64,000 nt of DNA from Candidatus Bathyarchaeota archaeon (GTDB lineage Archaea; Thermoproteota; Bathyarchaeia; Bathyarchaeales; Bathycorpusculaceae): contig OY970280.1 in the NCBI GenBank assembly GCA_963715865.1, forward strand, positions 1,248,001 to 1,312,000, written 5' to 3'. The first letter of the stretch is position 1. Every line of letters starts with the position of its first letter. Of the stretch, positions 28,549 to 38,356 are shown piece after piece. A program made the position numbers and the translations under genes. Under the pieces are notes generated by a model that made no database searches, was not told the origin of the DNA, and worked only from the letters and a program-made list of their open reading frames with translations.

Positions 28549-29340
28549 ATGTTTGATGAACTTGAAAAAATCTATTACTTCATGAAGCGCGACATCATCA
28601 GCTTTTCCACTTACAAGACAAACATGGTCATACTTGTTTTAACTGCGCTTTTCGGCGCGTTGTCATTTGCTTATCTTGGCTCTAACGCGACAATGCAAAG
28701 CGTGCTTCAAATGTACCACATGAACTTAACCACTTACCTGCTTATCGGACTTGCCTTCAACACGTACCTTGGCCAAAGCCTAACCTTGGTCCAGAAAACC
28801 ATCAACCCTTGGGCGCTGGAAGAGGTTTTGGTTTCGCCAACAAGCTTAACAACGTTCATCGTCGGCAGTTCTATTTGGGGATTCATCTGGAGCACTGGAG
28901 TTGTTGTAATCTATCTTGCCGTCGGCGTGTTTATTTTTGGAGTAACTTTGAGCGTTAACATTTTGGGAACCGTGATTGTTTTGGCGTTAGGCATCGGCAC
29001 ATTCATCGGCTTTAGCATGATTGGCGCGGGAATACTGATTTTAACCAAGCAAGGAGATCCTGTGACAGCGCTCATAACCATAGCGACAAGCTTGTTTGGT
29101 AATGTTCTTTTTCCGCCGCAGGTTATGCCGGCTGCGCTGCAAGCGATCTCCTATGTGGTGCCGCAATACTACTTCTTCACATGCATCAGGCTCATGCTTA
29201 CAGGCTGGACAATCCAAATGATCCTTCCAGACCTGCTGATTTTAACGTTAATGTGCGCAATAATTGTTCCGTTAGGATATGCTATTTACGCATTGTGTTT
29301 GAAAACGGCAAGGAAAAACGGAACCCTCTCATGGTTCTAA
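28549..29340 (+). CDS. ABC-2 type permease
   Basis: LEEVLVSP, LFGNVLFPPQVMP..LQ.ISY.VP. Confidence 0.85.
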   Translation: MFDELEKIYYFMKRDIISFSTYKTNMVILVLTALFGALSFAYLGSNATMQSVLQMYHMNLTTYLLIGLAFNTYLGQSLTLVQKTINPWALEEVLVSPTSLTTFIVGSSIWGFIWSTGVVVIYLAVGVFIFGVTLSVNILGTVIVLALGIGTFIGFSMIGAGILILTKQGDPVTALITIATSLFGNVLFPPQVMPAALQAISYVVPQYYFFTCIRLMLTGWTIQMILPDLLILTLMCAIIVPLGYAIYALCLKTARKNGTLSWF

Positions 29341-29415
29341 AAACCCTTTTACCATCTGATTAAGCCTTCGCAAATCAGCATTCTATTGAGGCTAAAACTT
29401 GCCAAACAGAACCGA

Positions 29416-29465
29416 CCCCCTCCCCCTCTTTTTAGACCTAATTTAATAGCTAAAAAAGAGGTCTA
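29416..29465. repeat. Imperfect palindromic intergenic element, copy 1
   Basis: TCTTTTTAGACCTA-N7-AGCTAAAAAAGAGG next to CCCCCTCCCCCTC; inverted match to 45405-45439. Confidence 0.6.
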
Positions 29466-29482
29466 TCGTTGTTTTGGTTTTA

Positions 29483-31189
29483 TCATCTGTTTAGTTTGCT
29501 GTCGAGTATTTTCTGCAGATTAACTTCGAAAGCAGCCACTGGATTCTCAAGCTTCCACGCCTCAAGCACCAACGGGTTGATTTCGCCGACAACGCCCACG
29601 TCAACGCCGCCAACGATTACCCTGCCAACTCTGCCTTCGATAAAGCTTGGATGAGCGGCTTCTTTTATTTGCCAGTCAACCCCAAAATTGCTTAGGAAAG
29701 CGTCCAGGGCGGATTTTATTTCGGTGAAATTTGCGTTTGCGTGTGCTGTTGCGGCTGAGAGCCATTCTTCGTCTCGCGTTTTAGTCTCTTTAGCCTCATC
29801 CAGCAATGTAACCTTGCCTAGCTCGAATATTTTTTGTGGGAACTCTACGGATTGGTTGTTGCTGAGGAATTCCATTAGGCTTGGCAGCAGCCAGTTGCGC
29901 AGGCACGTCATGGTGACCACTTTGGGGTTGGCAACTTCCACTATCTTGGTTTTTTCTGTGTTCATTTTTTCGAAGAGGCTTTCCTGATTAGTCAATGTGT
30001 ATGTTAATGTTTCTTGGTAGCCTAAACCAATCATAAGTTCGCGTGCGATGTCGATTAGTCGCTGGTCAGGTTTTGCGCGTCCGGTTGTGGGTAGTTCGCG
30101 CCATAGCGGTTCAATGTTGTTGTAGCCGTAAGCGATGGCGGCATCCTCGATTAAATCGACTTGGTGCATTACGTCAATACGGTAGCATGGAACAAGCACG
30201 TCCACGCTGTCTTGTTGGGTTTTTTCGATGCCTAAACCTGCCGTTAACAGAAGCTCAGAAATACGCTGTGCCGAAAGTTTCAGCCCTAGAAGCTTATTTG
30301 TGTATTCAACGCTCAAAGACATGCGCCTGTTGCTAAAGTCAGGTGTTATTACCTTTTTTTCTGGGTACTCTGAGTCTTGTGGGTAATGTATTGTTGCCTT
30401 GTAAGCTTTGCCGCCGCGGTCAATCAGCGCTGAAGTGACAAGGTTAAGCGTGTTAAGCACGGTCTTGTGCATGGTGCCTGTAACTTCCACAAGCAGGTTG
30501 CGTGTTTGCTCGGTGACTTTGCCTAAATTGTTCGAGTTTATGATTGGCGGAAAAGACAACACGTTGCGTTTAGAATCAAACAATATCGGGTAAACAGGGT
30601 GCTTTTTGACTATGTCGCCGTATTCGATGCCTTTTGGGTGGCGCTCAAGGATTTCGGATAGGGTCATGTTTTCTGTAAATCCTAATGGAACAAAGTTTAC
30701 TTCGGTTGGTTTTGCAACCGTGTACTCTAACGGCGCAGTTATCAGGTCTAAATTGTATATTCCGATGGATGTTTTTTGTCGGCTTCTGCCGTAAGTTTTG
30801 TCCAGCTTGTCCTGTTGATGCATGAGTCCGCGGATTATTGCGTCTGTTAGGTGGATGTCTTTTATGGTTGAGCAGCAGATGAACGGGCGGATGTTCCAGA
30901 GTTTTGCGTTAACGTTTACTTCCACAGTTGGTTTTCCCGCGGCATAGTGTTTGGGTCCTTTTTCTTGGTTTAGGTAGCCGCGTAATGCTCGGCTTAAGCC
31001 TTCAACGCTCCAAAGGTCAGGGCGGTTCGTGTCCTTCATTTCAATGCTGACGATGCCTTCGCGTTCATTGTAGAGTTTCACTTCACCCTTGATGAACGCT
31101 AAAATGTCGTCCAGCCTTGCCATGTCACCCTGAAGGCTCATGTTAAGCAAGCGTTCAAGTTCCAAGTATTCAACGTCGATTGTGGGCAT
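29483..31189 (-). CDS. pheT: Phenylalanyl-tRNA synthetase beta subunit
   Basis: NRPDLWSVEG, FPPIINS, R.DVMHQVDLIEDAAIAYGY. Confidence 0.95.
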   Translation of the reverse strand: MPTIDVEYLELERLLNMSLQGDMARLDDILAFIKGEVKLYNEREGIVSIEMKDTNRPDLWSVEGLSRALRGYLNQEKGPKHYAAGKPTVEVNVNAKLWNIRPFICCSTIKDIHLTDAIIRGLMHQQDKLDKTYGRSRQKTSIGIYNLDLITAPLEYTVAKPTEVNFVPLGFTENMTLSEILERHPKGIEYGDIVKKHPVYPILFDSKRNVLSFPPIINSNNLGKVTEQTRNLLVEVTGTMHKTVLNTLNLVTSALIDRGGKAYKATIHYPQDSEYPEKKVITPDFSNRRMSLSVEYTNKLLGLKLSAQRISELLLTAGLGIEKTQQDSVDVLVPCYRIDVMHQVDLIEDAAIAYGYNNIEPLWRELPTTGRAKPDQRLIDIARELMIGLGYQETLTYTLTNQESLFEKMNTEKTKIVEVANPKVVTMTCLRNWLLPSLMEFLSNNQSVEFPQKIFELGKVTLLDEAKETKTRDEEWLSAATAHANANFTEIKSALDAFLSNFGVDWQIKEAAHPSFIEGRVGRVIVGGVDVGVVGEINPLVLEAWKLENPVAAFEVNLQKILDSKLNR

Positions 31190-31190
31190 T

Positions 31191-32720
31191 TTAGGTCACC
31201 TGTTTTCTCCTTAGCCAATCAAGGTCTTGGCTGAAAATCATCCGTATATCATCGATGCCTGCACGCATCATAAACAAGCGGTCAACGCCTAAGCCCCAAG
31301 CGATAACTGGTTCTTTTACGCCGAGGGGCAAGGTGACCTCTGGGCGGAAGATTCCTGAGCCGCCGAATTCTGCCCAGCCGTAGCCTTCCTTGTAGGCGCT
31401 TAGTTCGACGCTGGGTTCTGTGAATGGGAAATAATCTGGTTTGAAGCGGACTTTGTCTGCTCCAGCGATTTCCATGGCGAATTTACCGAGTACACCTAAG
31501 AGGTCTTTTAGGGTTAGGTTTTCATCTATGACTATGCCCTCAACCTGGTTGAATTCAGACAGGTGAGTTTTATCGGTTATTTCTGGTCGGTAAACTCGCG
31601 CGATTGAGAAGTGTTTGCTTGGAACTTCAAATTTTTTGCTCTCAAGTGTCCGAGCGCTGAGGCATGTGCCGTGTCCGCGGAGAATTAAGCGCTGGGCAGT
31701 TAAGAGTGAGTATTTGTATTCCCAGCCTGTTGAGCCTGTTTTCCAGCCGTTCTCATGCGTCTCCTTCACGTGCTCGACGGCTTCTGCGTGTTGGCTTACG
31801 TCGCCGTATTGTGGGTCTTTAACATAGTAGATGTCGCTTGTTTCGCGTGCTGGATGGTCTTGCGGTGTGTAGAGTGCGTCGAAGTTGAAGAAGCTGGTTT
31901 CAACGTTTGTGCCTGTCATTTCTTGGAAGCCGAGGTTTACGAGTTTTGCGCGGACTTCATCGAGGAATTGCAGGTACGGATGCTTTTTTCCAGGCCAAGT
32001 TTTAGCCACAGGCGCTTCGATGTTGTATTTTTGGAGTTTTGTGGTGTGCCATTTGCCTGTGATTATGAGTTCTGGTGTAAGTTGGGTTACTTCTTGCATT
32101 GATGTTTTGGTTTCAGCCGCTGCTTTTTTGCCTTGTGGGGTGATTTGGAGTGTGCGTGTGGTTTTGGGTTCGATTGTTAGGAGTGTGCGTTTTTTTAGTT
32201 GTTCGGCTGCTTCTTTTAATTCTGTGCTTAGGTCTTCTTGTGCTGCTTGGTTTTTGTCGTTTAGGTATTTGAGGAGGGTTTCGTCGCAGCCTTCAGGAAT
32301 AAACGCTTGATGCAAAAGCGGTTCTGCGATGCGTATGGTGTTGTTTTCTGAGGTGTAGACTGCCCATTTTTTTCTTATTGCCCAACCAAGCGCGATTTGG
32401 ATGAATTGCGGCTCGATTCCTGCTTGCTTTGCCGCTTTTTGTAAATCTGTGCTTCCGCTAAGTTGGGCGACGGTTCTGATTAAGTTGCGTTCTGGTAAGC
32501 CGTTTTTGGCGTATTGTTTTCCTTCAGCGGTTAGTTTGATGACGTTTTGGTGTTCTGCGTGTATGGTGACATAGTTTTTTTCTTGAAGAGTTAGCGCAGT
32601 GCGCATGACTGCTGTATCTGGGAAACCGCAAGCATCAATTAACTGTTCTACTGAAGCTTTTCCGCCTAAGGATTCTAAAGCGGAGAGTAATTGTTGTTCT
32701 TGCGTTCTAAGCTCAACCAT
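31191..32720 (-). CDS. pheS: Phenylalanyl-tRNA synthetase alpha subunit
   Basis: FNFDALYTPQDHPAR, HLSEFNQVEG, YFPFTEPS, AWGLGVDR. Confidence 0.96.
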   Translation of the reverse strand: MVELRTQEQQLLSALESLGGKASVEQLIDACGFPDTAVMRTALTLQEKNYVTIHAEHQNVIKLTAEGKQYAKNGLPERNLIRTVAQLSGSTDLQKAAKQAGIEPQFIQIALGWAIRKKWAVYTSENNTIRIAEPLLHQAFIPEGCDETLLKYLNDKNQAAQEDLSTELKEAAEQLKKRTLLTIEPKTTRTLQITPQGKKAAAETKTSMQEVTQLTPELIITGKWHTTKLQKYNIEAPVAKTWPGKKHPYLQFLDEVRAKLVNLGFQEMTGTNVETSFFNFDALYTPQDHPARETSDIYYVKDPQYGDVSQHAEAVEHVKETHENGWKTGSTGWEYKYSLLTAQRLILRGHGTCLSARTLESKKFEVPSKHFSIARVYRPEITDKTHLSEFNQVEGIVIDENLTLKDLLGVLGKFAMEIAGADKVRFKPDYFPFTEPSVELSAYKEGYGWAEFGGSGIFRPEVTLPLGVKEPVIAWGLGVDRLFMMRAGIDDIRMIFSQDLDWLRRKQVT

Positions 32721-32877
32721 GTTGCTTGCCTTCGTTAATGTGAGTTCGATTTTTGTTAAGGGATAGTTCTTGTGTCACAAATAAAAGCATGCTGATGACT
32801 TTGGCGAGATAATGGTCAGGGCATAGGGCGTAAGCTGCATTGTAAACTCGCTATCTCAATTTTAGGGATTAGTTCGG

Positions 32878-33048
32878 TTATGTTGCTGCTATTTTGCGAA
32901 GTGCGATTTTTTCTATGTCTGTGCACTCGTCGCAGAGGTCAGAACTCGGTCTCGTAGAGCGTCTTTGAATGACGACGCGGGGATACTGCTTGCAGTTTTT
33001 GCACCAATGCCATCTGTCAGGTTCGGCTCCCTTAACATATTCCTCCAT
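32878..33048 (-). CDS. 56-aa Cys-rich microprotein (not in ORF track)
   Basis: MEEYVKGAEPDRWHWCKNCKQYPRVVIQRRSTRPSSDLCDECTDIEKIALRKIAAT; GGAGG 7 nt before ATG. Confidence 0.65.
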   Translation of the reverse strand: MEEYVKGAEPDRWHWCKNCKQYPRVVIQRRSTRPSSDLCDECTDIEKIALRKIAAT

Positions 33049-33188
33049 TCTTAGCCTCCCAACATGATAGTTAGGTTGCTACTGTTATTTTTAATTTGCG
33101 TGTTCGAGTGTTCTAGCAACCTTGCCTATGATAAATTAATGTGCGGAGGCGGCCATATTATGGCTTGGCTACTTTCAGCTAGGCGCTT

Positions 33189-33293
33189 CTATTTTGCCTT
33201 ATTAGCCTTCTTAGCGCAAGCATCACTGCAAAACTTCTTCTTACTATCAAACGTCGTAAAAACCTGCTTACAAACAGGACACTTCTTCTCCAT
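33189..33293 (-). CDS. 34-aa zinc-finger microprotein (not in ORF track)
   Basis: MEKKCPVCKQVFTTFDSKKKFCSDACAKKANKAK; GAGGGG upstream. Confidence 0.6.
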   Translation of the reverse strand: MEKKCPVCKQVFTTFDSKKKFCSDACAKKANKAK

Positions 33294-33482
33294 TCAATCC
33301 CCTCTAATTTATTTAATACCTGCTTTCATGGGCTAAAAGCTTTCTCTCTAGAAAGTGATTTTTGATGATCTAATACAGAAAGTAGGTTCGGTTGGTTGGG
33401 TTAAATTTGGAAAGTCTAAATACCAAAGTCGATAATAGCAGTTAACATGGGCAACTGGAAGCTAAGTGTCAGGAGATAATTT

Positions 33483-33785
33483 ATGGCAAAGGACAAAGGA
33501 AAGAAAATTGGCGAAATTAAGGTAAGAAAGTATCTTGTAAAGAACGATAACAGCTTGTTGAGATTGAATGAGGCAAAGGTCAGAACGTGCACGGTGTCTG
33601 ATGATGAGGCTAAGAATAGAGGGTGCACAGAATTGGGTGAATGCGAGGAATTGGTATTGGTTTACAGGCCTTTTGGCTGCATTAAGGAAAAGGATGAAGT
33701 TGACCTGAACGAAATGACAACAGTCAGTTCAAAAGCGAGCTCTTCTTCATCAAAAACCGTGGACATGCTTTCTGCGAAAACCTGA
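33483..33785 (+). CDS. Hypothetical protein
   Basis: 100-aa ORF with upstream GGAG; no motif recognised. Confidence 0.5.
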   Translation: MAKDKGKKIGEIKVRKYLVKNDNSLLRLNEAKVRTCTVSDDEAKNRGCTELGECEELVLVYRPFGCIKEKDEVDLNEMTTVSSKASSSSSKTVDMLSAKT

Positions 33786-33936
33786 AAGCAATCCGTTGAG
33801 GCTAAAGCTAGCCAAAATATTTGATTAAAAAGGTACTATTTTTCAACTTACCATAAAAGAAGGCTTTCCATGGTTCGTTTTGTTTATATATTGGTGTTAT
33901 GACTATGCATGTGCAAAAAGAAGGAATATCTAAAGA

Positions 33937-34377
33937 ATGGGTTCCAAGTCACCAAGAGGCGAATTCGCCGCTAGGCAATTAAAAAGGAAACGGAAGAATT
34001 TCCGTTGGTCTGACCGTTACTTTAACAGGCGCATGCTTAGGCTAGACGAAAAAGTAGACCCCCTGCAGGGCGCACCACAAGCTAGGGGTATCGTTCTAGA
34101 GAAAGTAGGCGTTGAATCAAAACAGCCAAACAGCGCCATCCGCAAATGCGTCCGCACACAACTCATCAAAAACGGCAGAGTCATCACCGCATTTTTACCC
34201 GGAGACGGCGCACTCAACGTTGTAGATGAACACGACGAAGTCGTCGTTGAAGGCATCGGCGGCACAAGAGGCGGCGCAATGGGAGACATCCCCGGCGTAC
34301 GCTGGAAAGTAGTCATGATAAACGGCGTATCACTAAACGAACTCGTCTACGGACGAAAACAAAAACCAGCAAGGTAA
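33937..34377 (+). CDS. rps12: 30S ribosomal protein S12 (uS12)
   Basis: [29 protein letters not shown]. Confidence 0.97.
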   Translation: MGSKSPRGEFAARQLKRKRKNFRWSDRYFNRRMLRLDEKVDPLQGAPQARGIVLEKVGVESKQPNSAIRKCVRTQLIKNGRVITAFLPGDGALNVVDEHDEVVVEGIGGTRGGAMGDIPGVRWKVVMINGVSLNELVYGRKQKPAR

Positions 34378-34383
34378 ACCGCC

Positions 34384-34971
34384 ATGGCACAAACAATCGC
34401 TCAACCACAAGAAATCAAACTCTTCCAAAAATGGACATTCAAAGACATTACAGTCAAAGACATCGGCTTACAACGCTATCTCAACTTAACCCCAATGGTC
34501 GCTCCGCATAGTATGGGACGTCACGAACACCAACGCTTCCGCAAAGCCAAAGTCAACATAGTAGAACGCTTAATCAACAGCCTAATGCGCTCAGGCAAAA
34601 ACAGCGGCAAAAAAGCCAAAGCAACCAACATCGTCAAAGAAACATTCGAAATAATCAACTTACGCACAGGCAAAAACCCCATAGAAATCCTCGTCAAAGC
34701 AGTAGAAAACGCCTCTCCATGCGAAGACACCACACGCGTCAGCTACGGAGGAGTCGTCTACCACCTATCCGTCGACGTAGCACCACAACGCAGAATCGAC
34801 CTCGCCATACGCCACATAAGTGAAGGAGCAAGAGCCGCAAGCATAAACAACCCGCGCAGCATCCAAGAAACTCTCGCAGACGAACTGGTTCTCGCAGCCA
34901 ACAAAGACATCAAAAGCGCAGGCGTAGCAAAACGCAACGAAATCGAACGCGTCGCACAATCAAGCAGATAA
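34384..34971 (+). CDS. rps7: 30S ribosomal protein S7 (uS7)
   Basis: VNIVERLINSLM, VDVAPQRRIDLA, RNEIERVAQSSR. Confidence 0.97.
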   Translation: MAQTIAQPQEIKLFQKWTFKDITVKDIGLQRYLNLTPMVAPHSMGRHEHQRFRKAKVNIVERLINSLMRSGKNSGKKAKATNIVKETFEIINLRTGKNPIEILVKAVENASPCEDTTRVSYGGVVYHLSVDVAPQRRIDLAIRHISEGARAASINNPRSIQETLADELVLAANKDIKSAGVAKRNEIERVAQSSR

Positions 34972-35291
34972 AACAAACAATGTTCCTTAATTTTCTGGAA
35001 TAATTAAATTTTATTCACCCGTCAAGCCGAAAAGCTTGAACCGCTTGAATGCAAAAACTGCAAAATGCAAGAATATGCAATACGCGTATCCGCGCCAACC
35101 GTCCAACAAGAAAGCTTGCAAACGCCTTTGAGGCATAGACTAACATAGGCAGAAATAGACTTAAAAATTTTTAGCCGATTCAGAACAAAGCATCCCGCGC
35201 CATTTGGGAGTAATTTTGAAAAAGCTTTAATAACTCTTGTAATAACGAAACACCTCTTCATAAGGAATCCAATGTTTGAAGTGAGGATAAT

Positions 35292-36248
35292 TTGAAAAAG
35301 ATAATAACTGCTTTAATTCTTGTAGCTTTAATCTTAGCTACGTTTAGTCTGTTGCCGGCACCCAGTGTGAGAGCGGACGCTTCGGAAGTTCAGGTTCTCA
35401 GTTACAGTTGGTACGTTGCTCCTGTGAACACTGTTCAAGCATTGTACATTGGTGATTTGGTTGCGGTCGGTGAGGTACAGAATGTGGGTTCAAACGTCAT
35501 AGGTTACTTGTATGTTGAAGGCACTGCTTCCAATTCTACCGGAATTGTAGCTTCAGCTGAGGCTCGAGCATTTGGAATCAATCTGGCTCCTGGGCAGAAG
35601 GCTCCTTTCTACTTGGATTTTGCTCCTGAGCATAGCGTGACCCAAGACCAAAGCTGGGTTAATGATACTACCAATGTTACCGTTTTAGTGGGTTACATTA
35701 ATGATACTAATGAAACTTCGTATTCAGGTCTTTCGATTGTCGGATCTACTGCCATTGACAGCAGTGGCACGTACACTGTTACAGGAACCGTTCAGAACAC
35801 TGGCGACGAGACAACCGGGAATGTCTGGGTTGTTACAACATTTTATAATGCTTCCGGAACGGTTCTAGGTTTGAATTACACAAATTTCTTATCTAACTCG
35901 CTTGCGCCTGGTAATTCTGTGCGGTTTACGGCAACGCCCACGGATAATACAGCTCAGTTATCCAGTGAAATAGCAAATTATTCTGTACTGGTTCAGTCCT
36001 CGCCGCTAACGGTAATTGCGACACCCACACCTTCACCGTCACCTTCACCTTCACCAACACCTACCGCTACTTCCTCGACGCAGCCTACACAATCTCCAGC
36101 TCCGGTATCTTCAGGGTTGATATATGCTGTAGTAGGCGCGATAGTGGTAGTTGTAGTTGTCCTTGCCGCTTTGTTGTTACTTAGGAAGCGCCACAAGAAT
36201 GCTCAGTTTGAGCCGCCGCCTCCGCCGCCGCCACCACCTCCGCCATAA
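35292..36248 (+). CDS. FxLYD-type Ig-domain surface protein with TM and poly-Pro tail
   Basis: Signal peptide; two V.GEVQN.G..V repeats; PTPSPS linker; TM; 11 terminal prolines. Confidence 0.82.
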   Translation: MKKIITALILVALILATFSLLPAPSVRADASEVQVLSYSWYVAPVNTVQALYIGDLVAVGEVQNVGSNVIGYLYVEGTASNSTGIVASAEARAFGINLAPGQKAPFYLDFAPEHSVTQDQSWVNDTTNVTVLVGYINDTNETSYSGLSIVGSTAIDSSGTYTVTGTVQNTGDETTGNVWVVTTFYNASGTVLGLNYTNFLSNSLAPGNSVRFTATPTDNTAQLSSEIANYSVLVQSSPLTVIATPTPSPSPSPSPTPTATSSTQPTQSPAPVSSGLIYAVVGAIVVVVVVLAALLLLRKRHKNAQFEPPPPPPPPPPP

Positions 36249-36492
36249 CTTTTTTCTTTCCATGTTAAGCTCTATTGCGGTATTGTTCCTTTCTATTTGA
36301 ATTTCTGTATTGACGAACTATTTTGAATAAGCCCAGCATAATAGGTTCTATTTAGAAGCTTCCCCCTTCCATAAACTATCTAGTGCACTTAATTCCAACT
36401 CGAAAACCCCCAAACATGCTCAGGATCGACAGAATTACGCGTAGACATATGCCCACTATCTAAATTGAACCCAAAATTTTTTTGACCTAATG

Positions 36493-37677
36493 CTATATTT
36501 TCGTGTGAATCTCCACTACATCTTCATCCTCCAAAACAAAACCCAAACCAACCTTCTTAGGACTAAACGGCAAACGCTTAGCCCACACCATCGCAAACAA
36601 GAAATTCAACACAAACTCCTTATGAATATTCTTCGCCAAATCATTAACCGTAGCACCATGCCTAAGCACAAAAGGACGACCAGTCGGCTCCCGCGACCCA
36701 GGCATCTTAGTATAAACCCGAATAACCCCTAAACCTTCAAAAAGCGCCTTCCCCAACTCATCCAAACCAACCTTACGCTCACACGACACCGCAATAACAG
36801 GCCACTTCCCATTCACATACCGCCTCAAAACACGCAAATTCACCTCAGCACCCTTAACATCCAACTTATTCGCAACAATCAACGCCGGCTTATACGTCGT
36901 AGTCTCAAAAATCGCATCCTCCACATCATCCAACCGAACGTCACCGCTAATCTTCACAATAGCATCAGTTATCTTGTAACTGCGCAGCAAATCCTCAACA
37001 TCCTGCATCGAACAGTCCACAAGCCTACCCACAAGAATAATCCGCAACGCAGCACCAGCATGCCGCCGATCAATATCCACACGCCCACTAGGCTTACTCA
37101 CCAGCACCCGACTCTTCTCCAACTCGCCAAGAACTAGCTCCAACTGTCCCACAGGATCACGAGACAAATCAACCATCAAAACCACGCCATCAGCATTCCG
37201 CGCCAACCCAAGCGTCAACGGACCCCACGCACGCCCATCCGCACTGCCCTCCATCACAGCAGGTGCCTCAACAATCTGAAACTGCACATCCAAATAATTC
37301 ATAATACCAGGCACAGGCTCACGCGTCGTGTAAGGCGCCGCCGAAACAACCACATTCGCGTTCGTCACCGCACTCATCAAACAGCTCTTGCCTACGCTAG
37401 TCATGCCAAGCAACGCCACCTGCGCAGCACCTTCCTTCTCAACAAAAAGCTTCGGACCACCACCGCCCTTGCCCGTGCCCTTACGCTTCTTATCGTCCAA
37501 ATCGGCGCGGATAATAGACATTTTCTTCTTAATCGTGCCCCGAAGCTTCATCGTACCTTTATGCTGAGGGACACAACTAAGGAACTCCTGCATCTTCTGC
37601 AGCTTCTCTCTGGGAGTATGGGCAGCTTCAACCTCCTCCCACTTATCCATCGCTTCAGGCGGCAAATTAGTCGGCAT
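36493..37677 (-). CDS. DRG/Obg-family GTPase with TGS domain
   Basis: MPTNLPPEA, GMTSVGKS, YTTREPVPG, NKLD, IHKEF..AMVW. Confidence 0.92.
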   Translation of the reverse strand: MPTNLPPEAMDKWEEVEAAHTPREKLQKMQEFLSCVPQHKGTMKLRGTIKKKMSIIRADLDDKKRKGTGKGGGGPKLFVEKEGAAQVALLGMTSVGKSCLMSAVTNANVVVSAAPYTTREPVPGIMNYLDVQFQIVEAPAVMEGSADGRAWGPLTLGLARNADGVVLMVDLSRDPVGQLELVLGELEKSRVLVSKPSGRVDIDRRHAGAALRIILVGRLVDCSMQDVEDLLRSYKITDAIVKISGDVRLDDVEDAIFETTTYKPALIVANKLDVKGAEVNLRVLRRYVNGKWPVIAVSCERKVGLDELGKALFEGLGVIRVYTKMPGSREPTGRPFVLRHGATVNDLAKNIHKEFVLNFLFAMVWAKRLPFSPKKVGLGFVLEDEDVVEIHTKI

Positions 37678-37882
37678 ACAAACTTCGCAAATACTATTTC
37701 CAAACCAACTTAAAGACTATTTCTAAATTAAAAACATAAAATTATCCTGAAAGTTTTAAAGGCAAAAGTGAAAATCACGCAACTTAACAAAATTAGACTT
37801 TCACAGTTTCCGATGCATTTTTCAATAACGCTTATTTGCATGATGGCTTAACTACTTTGAGCGCCAAGGGGAAAGCAAATCA

Positions 37883-38245
37883 TTGAACACTGAGCATCCA
37901 AGAATAAAAAGGGAAAAAAAGACCATCGAAGCCATGATCCGCATCTACTGCAAGGGTCATCATGAAAAAGAAGGCAAAGAGCTGTGCCAAGAATGCAGCC
38001 AACTCTTAGAGTACGCAAAAACGCGATTGGATAAGTGCCCTTTTCAAGAGAAAAAAACCACTTGTGGAAAATGCCCAATACGCTGCTACCAGCCTCAAAT
38101 GCGAGAACAAGTAAAAAAAGTGATGCGGTACTCAGGGCCACGCATGATTCTGCACCATCCAGCCTTAGCAATGCATCATGCTATTGATGGGTTTAAGAAA
38201 CCAAAGAAAAAAGCCGTAAAAACCAGTAAAGCTGCAAGTGGTTAG
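37883..38245 (+). CDS. YgbA / nitrous-oxide-stimulated-promoter family protein
   Basis: REKKTIEAMIRIYC, CQEC..L..YA..RL..CP..K..C..CP..CY. Confidence 0.85.
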   Translation: MNTEHPRIKREKKTIEAMIRIYCKGHHEKEGKELCQECSQLLEYAKTRLDKCPFQEKKTTCGKCPIRCYQPQMREQVKKVMRYSGPRMILHHPALAMHHAIDGFKKPKKKAVKTSKAASG

Positions 38246-38356
38246 TTTGCGTTGCTTTAACCGTTAAACTGCAGCTAACTAAGAGCACTTAGCCTGTTAT
38301 TTATTAAATATGCGATATTGGAAAGGTTTTTTATGCTCTCTCCACTCTCTAAATAA

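Noticed and set aside
32760-33060. Possible RNase P or SRP RNA upstream of pheS
   Set aside because: No conserved P4 or SRP helix-8 motifs; most of the stretch is explained by the 56-aa microprotein, leaving only a weak GAGATA/TATCTC stem.
36020-36062. Short tandem CCTTCA-type repeats
   Set aside because: They encode a Pro/Ser/Thr linker; not CRISPR or a contingency locus.
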